Shown piece after piece: positions 49,353-62,201 of a stretch of DNA of 64,000 nucleotides. Source of the stretch: Phoronis australis (taxonomy: Eukaryota; Animalia; Phoronida); assembly GCA_002633005.1 (NCBI GenBank), contig NMRA01000468.1, positions 186,001-250,000 of the forward strand, written 5' to 3'. Below the pieces are notes generated by a model. It was not told the origin of the DNA. It did not search any database and saw only the letters and a list, made by a program, of their open reading frames with translations. Numbering within the stretch: the stretch's first letter is position 1; each line of letters begins with the position of its first letter. A program made the position numbers and the translations under genes.

Positions 49353-49441
49353 TACAATGAAAAATTTTCCAATCTTGCTCAAGGTTGGAGCTCGTACCAA
49401 ATTTTAGAAGTAGGCAATATTGGTTGTCCCAAACTCAAGAA
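49353..49441 (+). repeat. Dispersed repeat fragment shared with 23185-23280
   Basis: Manual alignment, as for the 23185 copy. Confidence 0.65.
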
Positions 49442-52400
49442 ATGCGAGAAAAGCAAATTTTGCATTAGCCATGTTCAATGATTTTATCTCATACAAAATA
49501 TGATGAACACCAGAATAACTCATGCCTCAGTTTTCAAACTAGAAAATCTAACGTGACTGAATTTCAGTGTCCCAAAACTGCGAGATGTCCCAAACTAGAT
49601 AATGTTTATGCAACTCCCGCACAAATCGCAATAAGTACAGTTGTACTTGACCGATACAAGGTGCATATGCCAAATAACCCCCCAGCTCTCAACAGTTCAA
49701 AATAAAACCTGTTCGAAATCCTCAAAAATGGGCAACATTCCCAAAAGTTACAAAGGAAACACTACGTGTAACAACCTTTCTGACGCGACATTCCAGAAGT
49801 ATACATATATGTGCGGGAAATATTTGGTGCATTCAGGGAAACATTCTTGGACATCTCTACAGAACAAACATGGACATGAATGCTTTTTGCAGCTTCCTCA
49901 ACACTCATCTACATCATGATATGTGGGGAAATGATAATATCCATCAAGAATATTGAAAAACAGTTATTCACACTCTTGCCTCAGGGGCACAGGAGTTCTA
50001 TCAGGCACAGGTCAGTTTTTCATCCCATTAACTGACCCTTTGGATGTCATAGTAACCATTTGTGACTACACTCTGATTTTTACTTGTTAATTGTTGTTAT
50101 TTTCCTTTGTCAGAACAACTGATCATTTCAAAGAGAACCGGCTTAGCTCACCCTGACACAAAACAATCATAGGTAAGATCAGGCACAACGCCCTCAGGCC
50201 TATTGGACTTAACTATTGGTCATGAAAGGCCAAATATTGATCAACAGTTGACAAGGCAGAATTGATCAAATCCTTGAGAAAAACCAGGTAGCATAGATGA
50301 ATGCACATGTCAAAAAAATTCTTAACAACACATCTGTTCAGCTAACGATTTCAAACTGTAAGCACAACAATGGAAATCCATACACTGTATCAAGGCCCTC
50401 GCTCACTTCAAGATAAGGGTGCCTAAGCATTCCTATTACACTCTCCTGCTATCAACACTGCCATCCCACGCACATTCTAAAATACATATGAAATATTTGC
50501 ATATTCCTAAAAATAAGCCACTCTTTCATATATTAGATTTCTGTCCTTTTCAATCTTTTCATTTTGCATTCCTTTTTACTTGAGTTTTAACTTTCTTTCT
50601 AAAATTCCACACAAGTCAAGCAGCATGACTAAAGCCCCTTTCATATCAATTAAACTCGGATGACAGAGGAGCATCAATGTAAACTGCGAGGCTAAAAGAA
50701 CCTTTCACACTGACTTTAATAGTTGTGGACACAGAAGTATTGGAATCTGGTGTGAAAGTCATTGAAGTTACTTCTTGCAAAACTGTTGTTCACAAACCAT
50801 TACGAATGGGTAATTTTCAAATTTGAATTATGGATGCATATATGTTCAGGTAGTAAAATGGAGTTTTTATAAATTGTTAAAATATTGAATATTTACAAAC
50901 AATCTCAAGTAATACCAAAATACACGGTGCTCTTGACAATGACAAAATCCACCAGCTTCATGCAAAGTTAATTGGCATTGTCAACTTCAATACAACACCA
51001 AAGCTAATCGTTCACACAGACCGACACTCCCAAAAGATCAACGCGTTGATGCTAGTGTGAAAGTGCCTATAGTTGAAACCTGTGAAAGGACTTCTGTATA
51101 TTCGTAACTTTGAAGATGATCAGAGTTCATCAACAACTTCGGTATGAAAAATGTAGAAAACATTAACCAAAAATACTTTTAGATTTAAGCTGCATGTTAT
51201 CTTTGCTAAAACCCAGAATTTAATTATGTCTCAATCTCTCAAAGCTAGTCTCAAGAGAATCTCACATCAGAATTTTATTTCCTTTACCATCAAGACGACC
51301 GAAACCATAGTTTATTGGGGTTGGAAAACTTTGAAAATTTCAATTCACAAATCCTGCGAGTACCTCATTGTCTAAGACTTGACTTGCCAGGGTCGCTCAG
51401 CACCAATTTAATAACAGATGTGCGTTGTCATGTTTTGAACCACAAAGCCTATGGTTAAGAACTCAGTAATGACAGCTAAAGAACAGCAAGATGAAGCTTC
51501 AAACAACTGCTTGAAGAACAATATCCAGGCCAATCTATTCTAGCAGAAGCTGCCAAAAGGAGAAATTGCAAATCAGGAAAAAACGCGTATGATTGATTAT
51601 AAATAATGTGATCCTATCCCTACAATAAAACACAAAAGCAAGAGAAGTGGCGGTAGATGGAGAGAGAATATTATTAGTGGTAAATCAATCTTGATAAAGA
51701 TTCATCACTTGAATAATCAATATTGAGTTCTGTAACATAAATTAGCAAGCGAGCACTGGGTGAAGTGATGGCTGTGCGCTAAATGCCATCGGCTCCACCA
51801 AGTTAACGTCCGTACTAGCGGAGTGTCGATGTGAAGTGCGAAATTAACTTGTAATTCCCTGCAAGCTTTGATACTTAATCAAATCAGAGTCAAATTCATA
51901 TCAGCCCCATTTCCTTATAAAAATACTTAAAAACTGCGCAAAATTCCTCTCCCAGTGATTAAAAAATTCACTTCAAGGTTTGAATCACTTGTGCAAAACA
52001 ATGGTTTAAGCTAATTGCGACATTGCTGATGAGGGGTAGTGATTGGGGGGCCTGGAACTGTTGAGACCGCAGGACGGGCTCCCCTCAACCAAAAAAAATC
52101 CCCTCCTGGAAGGCACAGGCACCTGTCCCCTCACAGTTGAACGAAGTTCCTGTGTAATATTCTCTTTCTTTTAAGTCATCCAAAATGAGCAGCGCAGAAG
52201 TAGCAACAAGACGCTGATAGTAAACAGCCTTATACAATAGTTCTAATCTCATCAACCAACCTTTAAGAGGCAGGCAAAAAATGGCCACCGTCATGTTTGT
52301 ATAAACTTTATCATTCTCACAACCAAAACATTTGGTAAACAAAAACAAGACTTCTCCCTGATCAGTCAAAAATGCTCTGTTTTGCTTCACAACACATTTG

Positions 52401-55400
52401 GTTTGAAAAACAATCAGATACCATGCCTAAAACAAATATGAATCATTCCAGTTTCAACAGCCAAACTGATTAGTCATCTTAACTGTCCCAAAAATAATGA
52501 TGTAGTACTTCCAATGGTACATGACATTGACATCACACGGCCTGGGCTGCGTTAATTCTAAAAACCATCAATTCAAGTATTCCCAGGCAAATGATCAATC
52601 TGAACGGAAGTCGGAAAAACTATTGACCAACTCCGCTGCCAACTACAACAGCAATGAGGGTTGTCCCAGTCAGACATGATCACATGATCACATGATCACC
52701 ACCATAGCCATTGTGAAACAGTGTGACCTCTGATTGTAGAAAGCCAACACTTGAATACCTTTGAACACTTAACAGGAGCCAGATAAATATGGAAATTCCA
52801 TACAGTTGGTGTGATAACAGCAATCCAGAGCATGTGACAGTGCGAATGGCTTTACCAAATGGCATGTGAATGGACAGCCATCAGTGGAGGCAAACAAAAG
52901 ACAGTTCCTTTGTGAAATAATACTAGTGAGTGGGTACTGAGAGATCCTGCTGAGTAATTTATACTTTATCTTATTACGCTCAATTTAGTTATGACAAAGA
53001 ATAGTACACAATACACTTTATCCAAGCTTAGGCAGAGCTGAAAGATTGATTGCCCTTTCTTAGCAAGTGGTCATGAATACAGCACAAGTCACAAACAAAG
53101 ACTACCTCAAGACTTCTCAATAACAGGGCTTGATTTGGCTACTTTCATGTTGCCAAGGTGAACTCAGATTTTGTTTATCAACATTGTAAGAATTCCAAGT
53201 CGCCACAAAGTCCCCAGTCACGCATTCAAATACTTTGGAAAGAAAACATGGGAGTCAGAATCATACGCCAAAAAGTGGTAGGGCCTACTAAAAGTCATTC
53301 ACATGTGCCTCTTGTCTGCCTCAGGTGGTGAGCACAGGGTACAGTCATTTGTTCTTGATTCAGGTATCTCGTTTATATCATCGTTTGTAGGGGCCAGGAC
53401 TCTAGCAACATCCAGTGCGTCTTTCCTTATGTTTTGATGACCTTAGTTCGGGTTTTTTCCATTTTGCATTTGGCGAATCTAGTCCTGAATAAACTGATTT
53501 TTGTGAGTGAAGACTATATGTAAAGCAATGAGAAGGCAGGATCAGAAACACAACCTTAACACTCAAGACCATCAACAGTATGGGTGAGTAATATATCAAG
53601 GACAGACTTTCCCACTTCAAGAAGGTCTCCTTCTTATCTCAGTAAAATGACCTTTGTCTGCTAAGTCAATTAAAATGCTCAATCAAACCCATTTGTCTAG
53701 CCGAAAAAAGTGACAGAAACTCAAAGAGACCTGCAATAGATCACTCCCAAAACTCGATTTTGAGATTGTAGTGGCAAGTCTCGTCACTCCATAACAGTGC
53801 AACAGTTTCAGATGTCTCTCCAGTTACATTTTGCTTGGGTATATGTAAAGTTGGTTTATTTTACCACAAGCTTAGAGGAAAACATGACAGAAGTGCTTGC
53901 GATGGAGACAGCTGCATAGATAACACATAAGCTGGGCTGAACAGTTTTGTCGTTTCTGAATGCTTGATTATTCGCACCAATCAGCAACGAGAACAGTTCC
54001 CAATCTTAATTTCAAAAACTAGCGCTAAAACCTAAATGAAGTCAAAAACCCGGAAAGCACTCCAGTGGGATGTAATGTGTGAAAATCCAAGTCAAACACA
54101 TGGCCTGGTTACATGCAAGAGAACAAAAGCTGACTTACAAACAGAAACATCTGGGAGACATTAACGATTATTATCTGATCATGCTCCAATTTCATAAAGG
54201 CAGGTAATTTTAGATGTCCAAAATCAGGTGCTTGTAGAACTGAGTCTGTTTACACATTCCAATTTTTACTATACCGCTAATTGCACTGTGCGGCCAGGTG
54301 TTCCAACTACTTTAGCCAAGTCATATAAAAAGTTGGGCTGCATAAACGGTGATCCCTAAGATCCCAACACTGTACAAAAAATGGATTAATGGGGTCATAA
54401 TAGGCCTGCAAGAAATGTAAAGTGGTTTTAATTTGTAACTAATGGGCAGCTTAAGAATTTTTCACTGATGAAAGCTAACTTGGCAAATGCCAGACCACGA
54501 GCATTGGATTTCTGTGAACTGAACAGACACACAGGTAAAAAGGATGTCTTTGTGTAGATCATAAACGGAAGAATTATACTGAAAAACTAAGAAGTTAGAG
54601 GTCAACTGCGCAGCCCTGAGAGAGGGCAGATGCCAACTACCACATGCTGGCACAAAGGTAGACAATTTGTGGTAACTGGAAAAAATTGATTTGCACTTCC
54701 GAGAATTTAAAATTACCACTAGGGGGCACAATGCTCTTCAAGTACACCTGGAAGGTGCAAGGTTCTGCCATAGGAGGTGTTGAACTGTCACTTCGTTAGG
54801 GTATTACTTGAGAACAGGTCCTACAAGTTAACTTGTCATAACTGTCATTGTGCCATGATCTCCAGGAATAACAACCCGTCAGTTCTTTCCAAAGTGTCAA
54901 TGTCTCAGATAGGGTTAATCATCGTTTCCCTCAGTACCCATTTTCAAGGTTACCCATGTAGTTGGCTTGGTCTAGATTTTGAATGGGCGATGACATCCGT
55001 TACCCTATCCCACGATCCACTCAGTGTGTAAGTTGACATGAACCATCTGCTTTTATTAAGTATTTGCCAAATTCTGTACCACCTTTTGCAGACAAAGAAG
55101 TGGGCTCTGTACGCCTAGGCTGGCACAAATGATTAGGGGTGCCCAAAAGTCACACTTTGCTAGAATCCTTGAGTGGGAATAACATTTAACCTGATGTAGC
55201 ATCGGTTTATACAATTAGTGAAACAAACTGTAAATCCCCAAAGCACATGAACTCAGGTATGAAGATTTGCTAGCCAGGTGAGTCATACCTGCAGAATAGC
55301 CTCTAATGGTTCAGTGGGCAACTAGACCTATTATTCATTCATACTACAATAGCTTTGCCTGCATTTAACAAGATCTAGGATAGTACACTCATATTAAAAA

Positions 55401-56306
55401 TTGATCAGACATGGTGAGCAGAGCAGAATGCCCTGAAACGGCGATGACTCATCATGGCGATGAAATAGAACTACGTCCCCGAGGACTGCGCAACATCCAA
55501 TAGAATATGGTCTCACACAAAAAACCAATTCAGTGACTCAAACAATTGAGATACAGTAATCACGAACAATATGTTCACAAACATGTACCGGCACTCGGAA
55601 ACGTCTCCGTCTCTATGCGAAAGCTTGGTTTAGTTTGGTGTGCCGAGCGCAAACAAATGTCGACTGCTTACCATAGGATACCCATATGATGAAAAATACA
55701 TGATTTGTTTTGTGACAAAAAATTATTGACCGTCTGACTTTGCGAGAGATAATGCTAGCTACCAGTCGTCTGCAAACAAATCTAGGTTAAACATGAGAGA
55801 AGTACCATGAATCTACTAGGCATGCAAGGGTTAATAGCCAACACATAGGCAGGATTCCTCTTTGAATAACAACACAAGACTAAGGCAGTCTCACAGATCC
55901 ACTGAAAATAGAAATAAACTGATGATGTCCACGAAAGAATAGATTACAGGAAGTTGCTAATAATTTTGTTGCAAAATACAATTTTCTGCAATTAGAGCAG
56001 ATAGTTCAAAATATAGGAAACACAATCTTCTTTTAATTTTTCATCAAAATACAACCAAATAAATCAATCACTGGTAATTGCTCTAAAAATTACCACACCA
56101 AAGAATTTTAATTTTGCCAAATACCTCAAGTAAGCCTAGAACATTTTTTACAATATTGCAAACATGAATTGTAGGGATTTGCAATCAAAAACAAAAGTTG
56201 TGAAATTTGTGCGTTTCAACAACTTTTTTGAATAACTGAAAACATGCCTAGTTCAACATTGCTTTTGTGGAAAATTCTACACTACTTTGGCAAGTGGTTC
56301 TACAGT

Positions 56307-56799
56307 CAGGGCTTGGAATTTTCCGCGGAAACGCGGATTTCCGCTTTTTTCAAATGTTCTGTCTGCGCATTTTATTATATTTCCGCGTAAAAAAAAAATC
56401 GGATTTGATATAAAATTTCCGTGGCTAATTCCTTTCTTGCCGACGACGTTCACCTCGAAAAGCGGAAGTTGCTCTTTATGTTTCGGAGGAACGTAAATTG
56501 TCAACATTGCCGGGGCATCTAGGATAGCGTGGTGGGATTTTCAAATGCGTCTTGTGTGATTGTAAACCGCGGTGACAAATACTACGGCGCTGCAGCCAAA
56601 AATGTGTGGGGGTGGGAGTGGATGGACGAGATAAAAAGACGCAGACGCATGCTACTGATGGTGGTAATGTTTTTTTTTTTTAGTCCTGCCGATTTTTCTC
56701 GGCGAAAGGCTCACATCGACTATTTCAAGGCTGGGTAGCGCGCATGTTTTGGGCCGTAAAAGTTTCCGCGTTTTTTGCCATTGGTCATTCCAAGCCCTG
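56307..56799. mobile_element. MITE with perfect 13-bp TIRs (CAGGGCTTGGAAT) and 6-bp TSD (TACAGT); hAT-like termini
   Basis: TIRs at 56307-56319 and 56787-56799; tacagt at 56301-56306 and 56800-56805. Confidence 0.85.
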
Positions 56800-59700
56800 T
56801 ACAGTAGACACTGTTCAAGTATGTGTAGTCCATGTGCCATATCTCACAGATCCTCATGGTATCCCTCTGTAATTCATCACATTTGTTTACTCCAACTGTG
56901 CCATGTTGTCAAGTGTAACGGGACAAATTGAGCCAAAGCACCTGTCTTCACAAGGATGAGACTTTGAGTAGGTCTTGAAGGTTTATGAGCCAACACTGAC
57001 ATCAAAAGGCCGAATGGTTATAATTGAATGACCTTTGTGAAAATGAACATTTAAAATGTGTTGGAGAAACATTTTTCAATTCACATTTTTTTATTATAAT
57101 ATACTCTCTCAAAAGAGTAATTTATATATCCTTATTGCTAACAAAGCAACACAAATAACATCAACATTTCTGTACAAAAAAGATGTTTTTTTCAACTCAT
57201 TTTCCTTGAACTGATCTTGTAGTGAGCAATACAAGTTTCTAACAACAGCCAGGGCATTTTTGGCGAAAGAGCCTCCTGGGAGCTTTTTCAAGATGCAAAA
57301 TCATTCCAGGCAAAATGGATGTTTCCGTAAGTTCCGTAAGAGCCCCTAGAGGGCTCTTACAGAAATCCGCGGCACTAGGCTAAAGATAGACCAAAGAACA
57401 AATCTTCGGTTTCATTGTATCTACACATATAAATTTCTCATGACGGGAGAACAAAGCCTTTTTCAAATGTTATGTCTAAAATTCATATTTGTCTAGATAT
57501 CAAGATCAAGTCCCGTGAACCATATCAGAGGACCGTTTGATCATGCGAGTATATCGGTAGACAGCCAATACTACCAGTTGAAATACATGAATGAATGGCA
57601 TTAGACAAGTCTATCCCACCAAAGCACAAAGGAAACAGTATGTCAAATATGACAACTAGCTCATTTAGCGTCTTCATTTCAGCTAGAATGTGAGACGTTT
57701 ATCACAGACCACTGCACTAATCCAGCACTTATGTGCTACCAAGGAATACCAGTACAACAAGAAAACAGGTGCTAAGTTTATAAACCACAACACCTTCAAA
57801 GACAGGGAATGCAAAAATTGGAATATCATCAAGCTGTGACACTGAGGCTTGTGTTAAGCCCGCTTTTGCAGCACAAATATACCCAATTAGGACAGCTAAC
57901 TGAAATAGTTCAGCCAAGATTTGGCCTTCAGGCTCTCGATGCCCCAATTCTTGGGTGGAATATCACTCCCATTCCCCTATGAAAAATATTTAAGATCACA
58001 AGAATTGCCCTAATCAGGCCCAAAAAAATTCTTCCGCCTCCAGTGATTAAAAACCTGAAGGTAAGAACCACTTCTGCAAAACGTTAGTCTTGGCTACCTT
58101 GATGGTGGCGACAGACAGTGGATGGGAGAGGAATGTTGATAGGATTTCTGCTCTCAGAAGGCAGTCAATGTGGTTTTGTGACTTTTAAAGGTACGAGAAC
58201 AACAGCGTCAGTAGTCTGAATACAAAATGATCTTGAAATCGAAGAGAACGACTTGCTGAATTCAATATGGGTTAGTTAATTCTAGTTGACCTCAGGCAAT
58301 GAGCTGCAAAAACAGGGCCATGTTGAATGTCAAATGTAACTATGGCTCGAAAGGTCCACGCTTCGCCTCCTCATATGCAGAGCAAAAAGTTCAGTAATGG
58401 CTTCCACCACACACCATTATAGCTTTCACAGCCATATATTGATCGTCAAGTCACATCTAAAGGCCATGCCTAGCAGAGATCATTTTTTAACATAATGGAA
58501 CAGCCACATGGGAAATTGCAGCCAACACTGTACACGATCAATGTTGTAGAAAACCTCGCCTTAATAACAGATAGCTGGCTGCAGACAGCGTGAAGGAAGG
58601 CTATTCAAGGGCAAATGGATTCTGGAATATAATTTTGCCAGAGATAAAAGTGTTGGAAATTTTACTTTAGGAGCATTGCATGTGTTAGCCTTTATTCACA
58701 AGTGAATTTTTCCTTAAAGGGAGCTTTTGAATGTTATTCTTTAGTTGATATAACAGATTATTTAAATTGAAAATGTTGATTTTGTATTGAGTTCTTGTTA
58801 AGACGATGAGAAATAATAACGTGGTGCATCAAATTTCAGAATGAGGTTAAACAAAACATGAGTGCAGGCAAACACAAGTTCCGGTATTAGCTGTGAGTTA
58901 ATTCATGATGAATACAAGAGTACCCTGACCTTAAATTATTCACATCAACTAAACTTACCAATTCACAAACTCAACAACACAAATGCCACTAATGAAACAC
59001 TACAAAGCAACCGTTACTTCGAAACTGGCGAGCTTTTGTGGTCAAATCGCCCATTCTTAAGGTAACAGTTTTGTAGTTAAAATTGCTCAAAAACTACTTT
59101 TTTCCGATTTCATGAATTAAACGCAAGGGGTATTAAATCCAAACATGTAACTTCATGAGTAGAAATCAAAACAGTAAAATTTGAAACATTCGAAATCCAG
59201 AAAAAATGTTTACCAACGCCAAATTAAGAAAATCGGTATACCAGGAAATACTTTTGAGGACATAACTGACAATGTGCAACAAAACTGATTCGGTTCCAAG
59301 AGGATTTCCATCATTCATTTAATTAGGTGGCTTTTCAACAACCCACCATGTAAATGCCAGAGGTACCTCTGTGCAGGCACTTATGACAGAATTAATCCCC
59401 GTGACACTCTACTTTATTTTGAAAATTTGTGTTTAAAGACCAGAATACAAAACTATCAAAATTTTGAAAATTTAAAAATCAATCAAAATTGTGTTGAACA
59501 CCATTACAACAGATGTGTAGAGTCTGCATGAACAAAAATATGGCCGATGGGCAAAATTATCGAACGTAGGAAGGAAAAAGCATTCCGCTAATGGCTGATA
59601 TCAAAATGATTGGCAAGACTGACTAAAATGATACATATTTTATGGTTTCTAATCAGTCAAAAAACGGCTGGATTTTGTGTTCATTTACTGGGAGACCACA

Positions 59701-62145
59701 TTTTTATCAGGCTGCTAATGTAAGGCATGTGATCTCTCTATCATAGGGTGGGGAAGTTGGCCAAGTTTGTTTATATAGATAATGACTAAAATGCCAACAC
59801 AAGACCGCAATTTGTCCACAGGATTCTCAATTCAGGAACCAATCAAACTCACTATGGACACTCTCTAGTGTAAGAAGGATATGGGTCTGTACATGACGCC
59901 TGGAAGACGTATCCAACTAAATTCACCCAATCAGTGCTTGCTTGACATGGGTGACAATGTCCACTCAAAACTAAGCATAACGGCACATTTGCACTATTTT
60001 TTCCAGATCTGGACTCGGAAGAAGTTAATAAGGGTGACAAAAAAAACAACTGCTTGGCGCCTGTATGAAGGATACGAGTGAGGCAAATTTTGTATTCGTA
60101 TTTGACTTCCCACTCGTACTTTCAACCATTTACTCGCTCCTGTCGAGTAGTAACTACAGTATTATAATTTAGCGTAAGCTGATGGACAAAATGACCGTGG
60201 TTTTACCTGCTAGTGTTATTAATGCTTTGGAACAAGAGACAAAAATGCATGTAACTACTTTGCTCTATCTTAAATCTGTGAAAAGCTTTTGGCTTACAAG
60301 TTTTGCTTCAAATTTCAAATGTTAAAAGTAAAAATATGCTTGCGAGATTAAAATTTATTTTTCAGTCATGACATACTCAACCTTTAACACCACACTAACA
60401 GTGTTAACTCCAGTTCAGAACACCATTGCCCAATGTACTGAAATCTGTCTTTCCATAAAGGAAACGCGTCCCAGGAGACCATTGGGGACACCACCATTGG
60501 GGAAAGTGACCCAATGGCCATTGACACACTGGCCACTGCCAGGTGCTAATTAAAGGAGACAGTCTGACAAGGTGACCCCCCATGTCATCGGTTTCTAAAA
60601 GCTGAGAAAACCCCCAGACAGAGTGACACCCAATACCAGCAACACAACACCCCCACTGTAAAGTGTGGCGAGCTTATCAGATGAGACTGTTGGTAAATGG
60701 TGAGAAACCATGCATGAAACAATCTTAAACTGGTCCAATATGACATTACAAATGACTTGAGCAAGTCAGCCAGAAAGTAAACAAAATGGTCCTCTTACAA
60801 AGGGAAAATTTGGGTGGTTTCATTGTGGCTGCAATTATAAGATAAACAAGATAGAAAAATACTGTCAATCACTGGAGGGCAAAACCAGGAGACACTCTGA
60901 CACCACTCAGGGCATGAAAACACTCCTATTATATAACTAACAAGTGTCACATTAAACTTCATTTTGACAGGCTTCTTTTGTGGCTCCAATAGTAGTTTTC
61001 ATAGCAAGACCCAGTCAGAAAATCTGAAAAAGAACCACTTGAATAATAAAGCATAAATTCTCACTTGAAAGCACTTTCATATCAGATTTTAAGTTCTTAC
61101 ACCGACTTATGGGAGTACTTAAGAATGACTGAATGAGCACTCCTGGCACATCACTGATGGTTTAGTGCGCTGGCTTAATATTCATCTGTTTCTTTACTAC
61201 TTAGGCTCTTTATTTATTCACAGCATTGATCAATAGTAGTTCTTAGTCATATTCAGCTAGACCCAACCCAAACATGAAACCTACTTGGTGGGGACAACTG
61301 AGAAGGGAAAGTCAGAGTGGTATTTTGAAAATAACTGGCTGACCAACCGAAACAGGAAAAGTGACACAGCACGACACAGGGTACATTGAACACCTATACG
61401 TAAACCTCCAGATTTATTTCCAGAACAATTACTTTTACATGGCAGTTATGAGCATCAAACGGATATTTGTCAGACTTCCTCAAACCTTTTCAGTAATAAA
61501 TGCTCAAAAGGGATAGGAATGCTCGTTAATGAGGCTAATTTCCACCCCATCCCAGATTATTTCCCCAACTGAGGTCAGCCTATGTAGACCTTGAATGAAG
61601 AATGGTTAAACCTCAAGCCAGTGTTTGGTCTACTAATAGTCATGTGGTACTTATTTTAGATAGATCACTTACACCTAATTACTGTCAATGTGTTCCTGCA
61701 GCTTTGAAAATTTAAAGAGGGAACAAGAGGAGTGCACAAAGCAAGAGGATTACATTGGGATTAGCTTGATGTGGCTTTCCCACCAAGGTTGCAAATCACC
61801 TGTTTTGAGGAGTTGCAGTCAGTGGGAAAGTATTTATTTACGTAACTCCTGTGAAATGGGAAAGGTTAAATCCACTCTTACAGAGTAAAGAGGATGCGCC
61901 ACACGTAATCAAAAAAACTTTTGGATATTTAAAACTCTTAGATGTAATACAATCGCCTCATTCACAAGCTTTTGACTCCTGAAACTTCTTAAGAAGCTGA
62001 TAAATAGATCTTCAAATAGCAACCAAAAAGTGGTTAGAGACCGAAGTAAACATCCTTGATAGAAGAGAAAAATACTGAATCAGATGAGAAGATTTCAAGC
62101 ACACGAAGAGACAAAAAGGGCAATAGTCGGATATAACATGCACGT

Positions 62146-62201
62146 ATTTTGAGAACCAGTTTGATGTCAGTTATTCAGTGGAGAAAACTGGTTCTCAAAA
62201 T
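62146..62201. repeat. Copy of the ~57-bp palindromic dispersed repeat
   Basis: attttgagaaccagttt ... aaactggttctcaaaat; 17-bp perfect stem. Confidence 0.8.
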
